From Squalus acanthias (taxonomy: Eukaryota): a stretch of 60,000 bases of DNA. Below, piece by piece: positions 23,304-34,100 of the stretch. The translations under genes were made by a program, and so were the position numbers. Under the pieces are notes generated by a model. The model was not told the origin of the DNA, searched no databases, and saw only the letters and a list, made by a program, of their open reading frames with translations. Each line of letters starts with the position of its first letter. The stretch's first letter is position 1. The stretch covers positions 154,382,001 through 154,442,000 of the forward strand of contig CM059431.1 of the NCBI GenBank assembly GCA_030390025.1. The letters run 5' to 3'.

Positions 23304-26255
23304 ATGACAACAGAGAGGGTCATAGACATAGGTAGCAGTAGGGGAATCACAAATCAGAGCGTGGCAGGAAGGGACAGAATGTGTGGAGTAAAAGGTAAAC
23401 TGGTAAAAAGTGAAAAAGCAGGAACTAAGTGCCACAAAGCATATTTGAAAGTTCTCTATCTGAATGCACGTAGCATTCGTAACAAAATAGACGAGTTAAT
23501 GGCACAAATAACTACATATGGTTATGATATTGTGGCCATTACAGAAACATGGCTGCAGGGTGACAATGCCTGGGAATTAAACATACCAGGTTATTTAACG
23601 ATCAGGAAGGACAGGCAGGAAGGAAGGGGAGGTGGGGTGGCTATGTTAATAAAGGAAGGAATCACTGTAATACAGAGTAATGATATTGGGTCAAAAAATC
23701 ATGATAATGAAACAGTTTGGGTGGAGATAAGGAATAATAAGGGGAAAAAAACATTAGTGGGCGTAGTCTATAGGCCTCCGAACAGTTGCAACTCTATTGG
23801 ACGGAGTATCAATCAGGAAATAGTTGAGGCATGTAATAAGGGAACATCTATAATTATGGGGGATTTTAACTATCATATTAATTGGACAAATCAAATGGGG
23901 CAGGGCTGCCTTGAGGATGAGTTCATTGAGTGTATTAGGGATGGGTTTCTTGAGCAGTATGTAACTGAACCGACCAGGGGGCAAGCAACCTTAGATCTGG
24001 TCCTGTGTAACGAGACAGGATTAATTAAAAATGTCCTAGTAAAGGATCCCCTTGGAATGAGTGACCATAACATGGTTGAATTCCATATTCAATTAGAGGG
24101 TGAGAAGGTTGGATCTCAAACAAGCGTGCTAAGCTTGAATAAAGGAGACTATGAAGGTATGCGAGCGGAATTGAGTAGAGTGGATTGGGAAAATAGATTA
24201 AAGGGTAAGACGACACATGATCAGTGGTGTACATTCAAGGAGTTATTTTACAACTTCCAAAAAAAATATATTCCACTGAAAAAAAAAGGGTGTAAAAGAA
24301 AGGACAGTCATCCGTGGCTAAGTAAAGAAATTAAGGATAGTATTCGACTAAAAACAAGGGCATATAAGGTAGCGAAATCTAGTGGGAGGACAGAGGATTG
24401 GGAAAACTTTAAAAGGCAGCAAAAAATAACAAAAAGATTGATTAAGAAAGGGAAGATAGATTATGAAAGTAAATTAGCAAAAAATATAAAAACAGATAGT
24501 AAGAGTTTTTATAGTTATATAAAAAGAAAAAGGGTGGCTAAAGTAAATGTTGGTCCCTTAGAGGATGAGACCGGGAAATTAATGGTGGGAAATATGGAGA
24601 TGGCAAAAACACTAAATGAATATTTTGTATCAGTCTTTACAGTAGAGGACACTAAGAATATCCCAACACTGGACAAACAGGGGGCTATAGGGGGAGAGGA
24701 GCTAAACACGATCAAAATCACTAAGGAAGTGGTACTCGGTAAAATAATGGGACTCAAGGCGGATAAATCACCTGGACCTGATGGCTTACATCCTAGAGTC
24801 TTGAAGGAAGTGGCGGTAGGGATTGTAGATGCATTGGTAATAATTTTTCAAAACTCCCTGGATTCCGCTAAGGTCCCGGCAGACTGGAAAACTGCTAATG
24901 TAACACCCTTATTTAAAAAGGGCAGTAGACAGAAGGCTGGTAACTATAGACCGGTTAGCCTAACATCTGTGGTAGGTAAAATTTTGGAGTCCATTATTAA
25001 GGAAACAGTAACAAGACATTTGGATAATCATAATTTAATAGGACAAAGTCAGCATGGTTTTACGAAGGGGAAGTCATGTTTGACAAATTTGCTGGAGTTC
25101 TTTGAGGAAGTAATATATAGAGTGGATAAAGGGGAACCAGTGGACGTAGTGTATTTAGACTTCCAAAAGGCATTTGACAAGGTGCCACACAAAAGATTAT
25201 TGCTTAAGGTAAAAAATCACGGGATTGGGGGTAATATTCTGGCATGGATAGAGGATTGGCTATCTAACAGAAAGCAAAGAGTTGGGATAAATGGTTCATT
25301 CTCAGACTGGCAATCAGTAACTAGTGGTGTTCCACAGGGGTCAGTGCTGGGTCCCCAACTCTTCACAATCTATATTAACGATTTGGAGGAAGGGACCAAG
25401 TGTAACATATCAAAATTTGCAGATGATACAAAGATGGGAGGGAAAGTAGTGAGTGAGGAGGACATAAAAAACCTGCAAGGGGACATAGACAGGCTAAGTA
25501 AGTGGGCAGAGATTTGGCAGATGGAATACAGCACTGGAAAGTGTGAGGTGATGCACTTTGGCAGGAAAAATCCTAGAGCAATTTATTATCTTAATGGCAA
25601 GAAACTGGAGAGTACTGAAGTGCAAAGGGATCTGGGGGTCCTGGTGCACGAAACTCAAAAGGTTAGTATGCAGGTGCAGCAAGTGATTAAGAAGGCAAAT
25701 GGAATGTTGGCTTTCATTGCTAGGGGGATAGAATATAAAAATAGGGAGGTATTGCTTCAGTTGTACAAGGTATTGGTGAGACCGCACCTGGAATACTGCA
25801 TACAGTTTTGGTGTCCTTACTTAAGGAAAGACATCCTTGCTCTCGAGGCAGTGCAAAAAAGGTTCACTCGGTTAATCCCGGAGATGAGGGGGTGGTCATA
25901 TGAGGAGAGGTTGAGTAGATTGGGACTCTACTCATTGGAGTTCAGAAGAATGAGAGGCGATCTTATTGAAACATATAAGATTGTGAAGGGGTTGGATCGG
26001 GTGGATGCGGGGAGGATGTTCCCGATGACGGGTGAGACGAGAACTAGGGGACATAGTCTTAGAATAAGGGGCTGCTCTTTCAAAACTGAGATGAGGAGGA
26101 ACTACTTCACTCAGAGGGTGGTAGGTCCATGGAATATGCTGCCACAAAAAGCTGTAGAAGCTACAACATTAATTAAATTTAAAACAGAAATAGACAGTTT
26201 CCTAGAAGTAAAGGGCATTAAGGGTTACGGGGAGCGGGCAGGAATTTGGACATGA
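23304..26255 (+). CDS. CR1 ORF2: APE endonuclease plus reverse transcriptase, 983 aa, uninterrupted
   Basis: YLNARS, ITETW, YRPP, GDFN, LDLV, SDH (endonuclease). KSPGPDG, YRPVSL, DFQKAFD, GVPQGSVLGP, FADD (RT). Confidence 0.97.
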   Translation: MTTERVIDIGSSRGITNQSVAGRDRMCGVKGKLVKSEKAGTKCHKAYLKVLYLNARSIRNKIDELMAQITTYGYDIVAITETWLQGDNAWELNIPGYLTIRKDRQEGRGGGVAMLIKEGITVIQSNDIGSKNHDNETVWVEIRNNKGKKTLVGVVYRPPNSCNSIGRSINQEIVEACNKGTSIIMGDFNYHINWTNQMGQGCLEDEFIECIRDGFLEQYVTEPTRGQATLDLVLCNETGLIKNVLVKDPLGMSDHNMVEFHIQLEGEKVGSQTSVLSLNKGDYEGMRAELSRVDWENRLKGKTTHDQWCTFKELFYNFQKKYIPLKKKGCKRKDSHPWLSKEIKDSIRLKTRAYKVAKSSGRTEDWENFKRQQKITKRLIKKGKIDYESKLAKNIKTDSKSFYSYIKRKRVAKVNVGPLEDETGKLMVGNMEMAKTLNEYFVSVFTVEDTKNIPTLDKQGAIGGEELNTIKITKEVVLGKIMGLKADKSPGPDGLHPRVLKEVAVGIVDALVIIFQNSLDSAKVPADWKTANVTPLFKKGSRQKAGNYRPVSLTSVVGKILESIIKETVTRHLDNHNLIGQSQHGFTKGKSCLTNLLEFFEEVIYRVDKGEPVDVVYLDFQKAFDKVPHKRLLLKVKNHGIGGNILAWIEDWLSNRKQRVGINGSFSDWQSVTSGVPQGSVLGPQLFTIYINDLEEGTKCNISKFADDTKMGGKVVSEEDIKNLQGDIDRLSKWAEIWQMEYSTGKCEVMHFGRKNPRAIYYLNGKKLESTEVQRDLGVLVHETQKVSMQVQQVIKKANGMLAFIARGIEYKNREVLLQLYKVLVRPHLEYCIQFWCPYLRKDILALEAVQKRFTRLIPEMRGWSYEERLSRLGLYSLEFRRMRGDLIETYKIVKGLDRVDAGRMFPMTGETRTRGHSLRIRGCSFKTEMRRNYFTQRVVGPWNMLPQKAVEATTLIKFKTEIDSFLEVKGIKGYGERAGIWT

Positions 26256-26494
26256 GTCTAGGTTCGGATCGGTCATGGCCCTGTGGGTAGTGGAGCGGGC
26301 CCAGGGACTGTGTAGCCTGATTCTGCTCCTATTTCGTGTGTGCAATTCTGTTAGATGCAGGAGATGTTTCTGTGATAGATAGTAGATTGGCGGTTAGGAT
26401 CAGATCAGCCATGATCTTATTGAATGGCGGAGCAGGCTCGATGGGCCGATTGGCCTACTCCTGCTCCTATTTCTTATGTTCTTATGTTCTTATG

Positions 26495-27353
26495 TGCTAT
26501 AACCCTCTGTACTGCTCGGTCCTCGATTCATTATTAGAGTCACACTGGACAGAAGGAGCGCGGGAGAGACCATTGTCCGCCACAACCAGCACAAAGGTTT
26601 TCTCCGCTTACGTCACAAGCCTTTTGGAGAGATGCGGCTGTGACGCTGTAAACAGTCACGACATGTTGCTGAAACTGGGCGAGTTAGCGTATCAGGGAGT
26701 TTGCAACAAAACCGTCGTGTTTAAGACAGACCAATTCAATCGCTACAGAATCGAAATTTCGTTTGATATCTGTGAGTTTATGATGGGGATTCCAGACAAA
26801 GATCAGCGTAGTGTTGTCTACACATTCTCTCACTCCGTTATGCAGGACTTTGTCGCTGCTCTTGCAAAAAGTCTAAGTACAGCAGGAAATGGACTGACAC
26901 GATTGCTCGATAACGGATACACGTGCGCTGACGACAGATTTAAGACATTTTCACAGTTTCTTGTTGGTCTCTCCTCAAGTAATTCAACTGATCAGCTTGA
27001 GCGAAAATTGGGTCAATTTCCTTCTGAAGCAATTCCTTGTGTGTCGGATTGGCTCAAAAAAAAGTCGAAACACGTGTTACAAATTTAGAAGATGGGCAAA
27101 CCCAAAGGACGTTCTTAAAGATGTTGGATTATTTCCGTGAATTCGGAGATACAAATCTGAAGATGGCCGCATTAACACGGATTAAGAAGGTCATTTTCAC
27201 AAAATGTCGTCTGAAACCATTTGACTGTGTGATTCTTTCAACCACATTAGTGGCCGTTGAACTCATGGAAGAGCTGAATCTGGACACTTGCGGGGTTCAA
27301 GATGAAGGGATCCGTCAGCTGGAGCCCATGCTGCACAAATGTAACATACTCAG
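26495..27353 (+). pseudogene. NLR gene 1 NACHT exon, 3' part (winged helix, HD2, first LRRs)
   Basis: CYNPLYC, LLKLGELAYQGV, YTFSHSVMQDFVAAL, FLVGLSS. -1 frameshift in A8 run 27056-27063. LKPFDCVILS, ELNLDTCGVQDEGIRQLEPMLHKCNILR. Expected GT donor absent after 27353. Confidence 0.92.
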
Positions 27354-27391
27354 AATTGCGCAGAAATAGTTACAATTGCATTAGAAATATC

Positions 27392-28154
27392 GGGCCAGAA
27401 ATTCGGGTCGGAGGCTTACCGCGGGTGCAAGCCCCCGACCTTCACTTACCTAGTGCCCCAGCCGTTGTGGTGTGGGCCCGCGTGGGAACCCGGTCCTGGG
27501 CCTCCTCCAGCTGCCGGTGTACAGTGCTTGTGTATCCAAGGGCGCAGTTAGTTGGAAGCGGCCCCTGGGATCACGTGGGCCATGGAGAGCCAATCGGAGC
27601 AGGGAATCTCCATTCATAGATTTGACACGAAGACCTGCCAAATCTATGAATAGAGATCCTCCCCAAAAACTAACTAAATGTTCAAAAACATTTTTTTTAA
27701 TCACCTTTTTAAAATAACTATAAATTACATAAAGTAACTATTTTAAACAAAAAAAATAATTTTTGAAAACATTAATTACAGCTTTTAACGGGGCTAGAAA
27801 TAAACTTATCTTTCTTTAAAGTATTTAAAAATGATAAACCTGTGGAAAAAATGTTTAAATTTCACTTAATTCAACACTTACCTTGTTAAAAGCAAGCCTT
27901 GTGCCTGCTTTCCCCACCCACCCCCACCCCTCCCCAGCTGACAAAGACTTACCCTCACTTCAAAACCTGTAAAAAGAACATAAGTTCGCTGCGTGCGCGC
28001 TGCCTTTTTGGCGTACGCCTTTGACCTCCGAAACCCTTCCTTCAAAGGAACGGAAGTTCCGGTTGCCAGCGCATGAGCAGTGCTTGCGCGAAACCGGCAC
28101 TTTCGTTTGATCTACTGGTGAGTGCACACCCGTGGAGACCCGAAAATTTGGCCC
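27392..28154. mobile_element. MITE copy M4
   Basis: TIRs GGGCCAGAAATTCGGGTC and GACCCGAAAATTTGGCCC. TSD ATC/ATC. Confidence 0.88.
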
Positions 28155-28484
28155 ATCAACTCTTTCACTGGCATGTGGGATAATATTCGTTAATTGAAAA
28201 GCAAAAACATATTCTCCACTCGATCAATTTATGATCACATTCTCTCACCCGCCTCTCTGCTATCCTCAGCGGAACGGTAAGAGACGGCGCTGATGTGTCT
28301 CTTCCGGAAATACCGGTAAGTGCTGTGATGGTCACTTAAATAGATCGGCTTGGATGTTGACAACATCAATTCCGAATTTAACTCACTCTTCGTACCACGT
28401 GGGAATCTGGATTAATCAGTGAGATATACTCCCCTCCCCTTGACCATCATATATTACATCTCTGTTGGGAATAAAACACAATAT

Positions 28485-28790
28485 TCACAGAACTTTACCT
28501 CACAGAAGGAGACCATTCGGCCCATTGTGGCCATACCGGCACTTCCAAACACTTTTCTAATTAGTCACACTTCCCTGCTCTTTATCCATAGCCTTGCAAT
28601 TAGATCCCCTTCAAGTATTTATCCAATTCCCTTTTGAAAGTAACTGTTGAATCTTCTTCCACTAGCCATTCAGCCAGTGCATTCCAAACCATAACAACTC
28701 GCTGCATAAAGCACATTCTCCTCATCTCAACTCTCTTTTTTGCCAATTAATTTAAAATGGTGTCCTCCAGTAAATGATCCTTCTGCCATT
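28485..28790 (-). mobile_element. Degenerate CR1-type 3' end fragment
   Basis: CACAGAAGGAGACCATTCGGCCCAT...GCATTCCAAACCATAACAACTCGCTG resembles other minus-strand CR1 3' ends in the window. Confidence 0.6.
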
Positions 28791-29687
28791 GGCACCTTGT
28801 CATTAAGAAAATATTTGGGTATGTGTTAAACAATAACAATAAATGATAAATAACTTTTTTTTATTTGACAGTTTGATTAAATTACACGTGAGTTATTACC
28901 GTCCTGTTAGAAAGTTCCTAATTCCTCGATCATACCGGATTTGCCGACTCAATACCTTGTTGTTGAGTTCAATTATGCCAAGTGAGACAGTTAGATGTGG
29001 GTTCGCGTCTGCGATTCCTCAAATTCTGAATAAACTTCCCAGCGGCATAGCTACGTTAAGGCATCATGAGAGGCCGAGAGGAAATGAATAAACGACTGAA
29101 TATCACTCCACCTGTTCTTAGGCATATTCGAGTGATATGTTACAATTCCCCTCATTGGATTGTCCAATAAACTTCTCAGAAAATTCTTGTGTTTTGTGCA
29201 TGATTAAGTGCATTTTAAATCATAGTGTTTCAAAACGACACTTCTCCTAAAATAGAGACAAGGTCGGAGGTACGGTCCCTATATTTACCCCAAATTTATT
29301 CTTTTAATAAAAGAAAATCATCCCGTGAGAGACATGTGTACTGATTCCTCTTCGTTACAGACCACACGTTTACAGCATTTAACCTGCCAACTACTCAATA
29401 CCCACTTTACAGGTAACCGTTTTATAACGTGTGTTTAAATTTTGAACTCGGACATTAGAGTAACTTCCGGGTTAAGCAACCACATTCTTTGAATGTTACT
29501 GGTTTTAACACATGTGCTATATGCAATTAACTTAATGCAAATCACAGAATTGCATTTAAATTACGGGTCTTATATTCGTGTTTTGGATATCCAACGTGTC
29601 CATGTTAAATATATTACGTAATTGGCAATATTTCCTGTCTGCTGCATTATTCCATATTCATTCATGATTTTATTTATTTCTTTTTAG

Positions 29688-29774
29688 ACTCAATGAGAAT
29701 AAACTAGGAGATTCAGGAGTGAAACGACTCTCTGCAGTTCTGCAGAAAAATGATTGTAAAATACAGAGACTGGA
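29688..29774 (+). pseudogene. NLR gene 1 LRR exon (87 nt, phase 2-2)
   Basis: tttttAG and GTgagt. LNENKLGDSGVKRLSAVLQKNDCKIQRLE, a ribonuclease-inhibitor-type LRR. Confidence 0.93.
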
Positions 29775-30047
29775 GTGAGTAATTTTGAAACAAATTCGTA
29801 CAGCACCACGAGAGTGTTATTTATGTATAACATTACTAATTACTGTGTTAATGTTGATGAGTCAATCTCACTATTCAATTTACTTTAAGATGGAAGTCAT
29901 TTAGAAAGGGCTGAGTATGCATATGACATGAAAAGGATTCCCCACCCCGCCTTCATTTTGGAATTCCAAAGTATGTTTTGCATTTGGCGAAAATTTAACG
30001 TGTGTGTCTTTTTTATATAATGTGTGTTTATTTTTCGATCACTGCAG

Positions 30048-30239
30048 GTTAAAATCTAACGCTCTCACAGATGATTGTGTGCAAAGTCTGGTCTCTGCTC
30101 TCCGTGTAAACGGTTCACTGATGGAGCTGGATCTGAGTAACGATACTCAGGATGGCGGGCAGGCCAACAGTCTGACTGACAATTCTGTTCCGGCATTGCG
30201 CAGTCTCATCCAGAGTAGCGATACTCTCAAGGAAATCAG
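30048..30239 (+). pseudogene. NLR gene 1 LRR exon (192 nt, phase 2-2)
   Basis: ctgcAG and GTtatt. LKSNALTDDCVQSLVSALRVNGSLMELDLSN...NSLTDNSVPALRSLIQSSDTLKEI. Confidence 0.92.
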
Positions 30240-30481
30240 GTTATTTTTTCCGGGTTATGCATTTATTATTTACATGTTCATTCACGTGCAAAAATATATT
30301 TTCATATTTTTACTTTAATAAATGGACTTGTAATGGTAAATAAATCGTCATTATTATGCACTTTTGTCTGCTCATAACGAGTAACCACGTTTATTTTTAA
30401 TGTATCTTACAATATCGCTACTCATAGTGAACAGAATACAACTTATTGACAAAATTTTTCTTCATTTTAATAATTTTTCAG

Positions 30482-30569
30482 GTTGATACGCAATCAGCAC
30501 ATTGCAGAAGAAAAGCAAATACTGATGTCAATCAATGTATAGGATCACTTCACTGTAATTGCAGAATGA
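30482..30569 (+). pseudogene. NLR gene 1 terminal coding exon
   Basis: tttttcAG acceptor, phase 2. LIRNQHIAEEKQILMSINV then TAG 30540-30542 and a second stop TGA 30567-30569. AATAAA at 30810. Confidence 0.7.
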
Positions 30570-31199
30570 AGGATTGTTTACTATGAAGATTGTTTTATGT
30601 AAATACTTTAATTATTTTTTTCGGTTGTACTCGATATAATGAAGTCAACTTTAAACAAGTTTTCGGTACGTGCTCGAGAGGAAAACACACACCAGGAACT
30701 GTGGAATGACGAGAGATTTAAACTCACGGTTTCAGAGTCGGGAGGCCGCCGTGTCAACTTTCAACAAAGATATACCGCGTGCTCCGGTATCTGTGAACCG
30801 TGAGCAAATAATAAAATGATTGTATTGTAATAACACCTTGTACTGATTACTATTAACGCCCCTAATCTGACGGATTTACCCGCATTAATCGCACTGCTCG
30901 CCTTCTCTGTCCATTCAAAGGACAGGGAGATCAGACGTTCGGATTACCAACTGCTTCACTCACTGTTATCGCTGAGATCGATTTGACAATATTATTGATT
31001 AATCTACATTATTTTAGCAGTATTGCATTACAAGCTTTATTAGAATGGAATTTTCCCTTTCTCAATTTTTCCATTTTGGCGAGCATTGAAACTTGTTCAA
31101 ACCAAACTGTTACCATATTTTATATTCATATGTTTCCAGTAGATATGGAAAGGGAAAAAGGGAACGCAAAGGTGCAAACACCCAATGTGAGAGAACCAA

Positions 31200-34100
31200 T
31201 TTCAGTGATTTAAGGAGGGATCTAGCAGAGCTGGACTGGAAGCAAAGATTGGCCAGAGAAACAGTAAGTTAGCAATGGCAGGCCTTTGTGACACATATAT
31301 TTAGGGTAGAAACGAAGCATATTTCACATAAGGAGGACAGATGGGGCTTTGAAAGCTTATGCTCCCTGGATGACAAAGAAAATATACGCTAAAATAAAAC
31401 AGAAAAGGGATGTTTATGACAAATGTCAGTTACACATTACGGTACAAAAACAGGCAATGAGTGCAGGGGGGAATTTAATTAAAAAGAGATAAGGAGGTCA
31501 AAGAGATTGTGCAAGAAAATATTATTTGGTAAAATCAAATGGGAACAAGGAAACATCTTTTATAAACTTATATAGAGTAAAGGGATAGATAATTGAACGT
31601 TGGGCCGATTAATGTAGCATTAGAGGAGGGGGAGTAGAAATAGTGTAAAGGACAAAAATAGATAGAAAAGAGATGTTCGATAGGTTGGCATCCCTCAAAG
31701 TTAACAAGTCACCCAGACCACGTGGGATGCACCCTATGTTGCTGAGGGAAGCTAGGGTGTAGATACAAGAATCTCTGACCAAAATCTTTGCAGCATCCTT
31801 GGAAATGAGCATGGTGCCAGAGGACTGGAGGATTGTAAATATTACGCCCCTGTTCAAAAAGGGGAGGGGCATAACCCTGGTAGCTACAGATCAGTCAGTC
31901 TTACGTCAGTGGTGGGAAAACTGCTGGAGGTCTTTGTCAAGGACAAAATTAATTCTCACTTGGAGAAGCATGTGTTAATAAAGAATGGATTTATTAAAGG
32001 CAAATCGTGTCTGACTAACCTGATTTCTTTCTTTGATGAAGTAACTGAAACAGTTGATGAAGGCAGTGCAGCAGAGTTGTAAATGATCTTTCAAAAGGCA
32101 TGTGATATAGTACCACATAACAGACCTATTCGGAAAAAAGAAACACATTGCATTAAAGGGCCGGTGATAAGTTTGGCACTTAATTGACTAAGAGATATCA
32201 GCGGAGGAGCATAATACAGCGGGGAAACAGTTCCGACCTTATTGGAGACACCAGGAGCGGCGGAACCGTCGACGATTTCCAAAAGAATTCGAAGAGTGGC
32301 GTCACAAGGCAACAGGTCGGTGTTTGCTTGGCTGAGTATTAAGGTATTTTTTCTCTCTAACATTGGAAAGTGGTTTAAAATCGGTGCAGGAAACTATAAC
32401 TGTATTAAATGTATAGCTTAACTACTTAAAGTAATTAATATCACTAGAAAAAAAAACATTGAATAAATAATTTAACTAATTAAATAAATAAAATAAGGCT
32501 CGTCTAAGATATGGCAGGGCAGGTTGTGTGCCTGAATTGCAGTATGTGGGAGATTGTGAACGGCGAGACTGTTCTGAGGAAACACGTCTGCAGGAGATGT
32601 CTCCATCACTAATTTCTCCGGCTTAGAGTCGTTGAGCTGAAGTGCGAGTTGGAGAAACTCCGACGCATAAGGGAGCCGGAGGATTATCTGGACAGTTTTA
32701 TCCAGAATACAGTCACACCCCAGAGGAAAGCATAGGTTCAGGAAGGGAAGGGTGTGACTTTAAGGGAGCCGGGTAGCGGGGATTTACAAGTGGTTCAGAA
32801 GGAGGTCAACCAGAAACTGGTCCTGTCCAACAGATATGATGTACTCGCTACCTGTGAGGACAAGCTGAAAGACTGCAGTTAGGAAAGACGTAATGCAGAC
32901 CAAGGCACCGTGGCTCAGAAGACTGTCCAGGGGGCGGGGGGCTGGTGGGGGGAAGAGCAGAATAGAAATGTGGTAGTGACAGGGGATTCTATATTTAGGA
33001 TGATAGTTAGCCTCCTCTGCAGCCATGAACGAGAATTCCGAAGGGTATGTTGCCTACCTGGTGCCAGGGTAAGAGATATCTTACGTCGGCTGGAGAGGAA
33101 CTTAGAAAGGGATGACGTAAATCCAGCTGTCTTGGTCCATGTTGGAACAAACGAAAAAGGTTGGAACAGGGAGGAGGGCATGCTGAAAGAGTTTCAGGAG
33201 ATACGCTCTAAATTAAAAAGCATCCTCCAGGGTAATAATCTCCGAGTTATTCCCCGAGCCAAGTGCAAATTGGCAGAGAAGCATACAGATCAGGAGAATT
33301 AACACGTGGCTTAAGGGCTGGTGTGCGGAAGAGAGGTTATTTTTCATGGGACATTAGCACCAGTTGTGGAACAGGAAGTAGCTGTAACAATGGGATAGTC
33401 TCCACCCGAACCAGGATGGAAGCCGTGTCCGAGCGGAAAGGGTAAATAGGGAGGTGGCAAAGACTTTAAAATAATAAGAATGGCAGACGAATCTACAAGA
33501 AACGTAAGCAGCTAAAATATAAACAAAACAGGAAAAGTGATCGTAGGTAAGAATAAAGTAAGGGAGGATATTGACAGCAAGGGAGCAAAGAGAGTTATAG
33601 AACAGGAGTCTGAAAAGATGGTTAAACATAAAATTAGAGGAAATGCTATTAAAAATGAGTTAATCTGTCTCTAAAGCAATGCATATAGTGTCCGAAATAA
33701 AACAGGAGAGCTGGAGGAAATCTTGCGTTTGGAGGAACCAGTCATAGTTGGGATTACTGAGACATGGCTGCAGAAAGATCTGGACTAGGAATTAAACATT
33801 GCAATGTATAACATATTTAGAAAAGATTGAGAGGTTAAAAGGAGGGGTTGGGTAGCTGATGAGGGATAACATAAGGGCAGTAGAAAAAAAAAGGATGCAA
33901 ATATCAGTGTGACAAAAATAGAATCCATATGGATAGAGATAAAAGATAATAAACGATCAAAAACCCTAATAGGTGTATTCTACAGACCACCGAATAGTGA
34001 AAGGGAGGTGGAGGAAGAACTTTATAGACAAATTAGAGCATGAGTGAAAAGCAAAGAATAATAACAATGGGAGATTTCAACTACACCGATATTAATTGGA

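Larger units (their letters stand above)
21737..26494 (+). mobile_element. Young full-length CR1 LINE (E2) inserted in the NACHT exon
   Basis: 5' tandem array, ORF1, intact ORF2, 3' UTR, (TTCTTATG)3 tail. Flanks rejoin as ACC ATG TGC TAT AAC CCT (TMCYNP). Confidence 0.97.
16252..30569 (+). pseudogene. Disabled NLR gene 1 (death-fold/CARD-like + NACHT + LRR; NLRP3/NLRC3-like cartilaginous-fish family)
   Basis: Exons 16252-16421, 20878-27353 (split by CR1), 29688-29774, 30048-30239, 30482-30569. Multiple lesions: three frameshifts, LINE insertion, lost donor, missing exon. Confidence 0.88.

Noticed and set aside
26336..27088. Stand-alone 250-aa gene
   Set aside because: It is a chimera of CR1 3' UTR and the interrupted NACHT exon.
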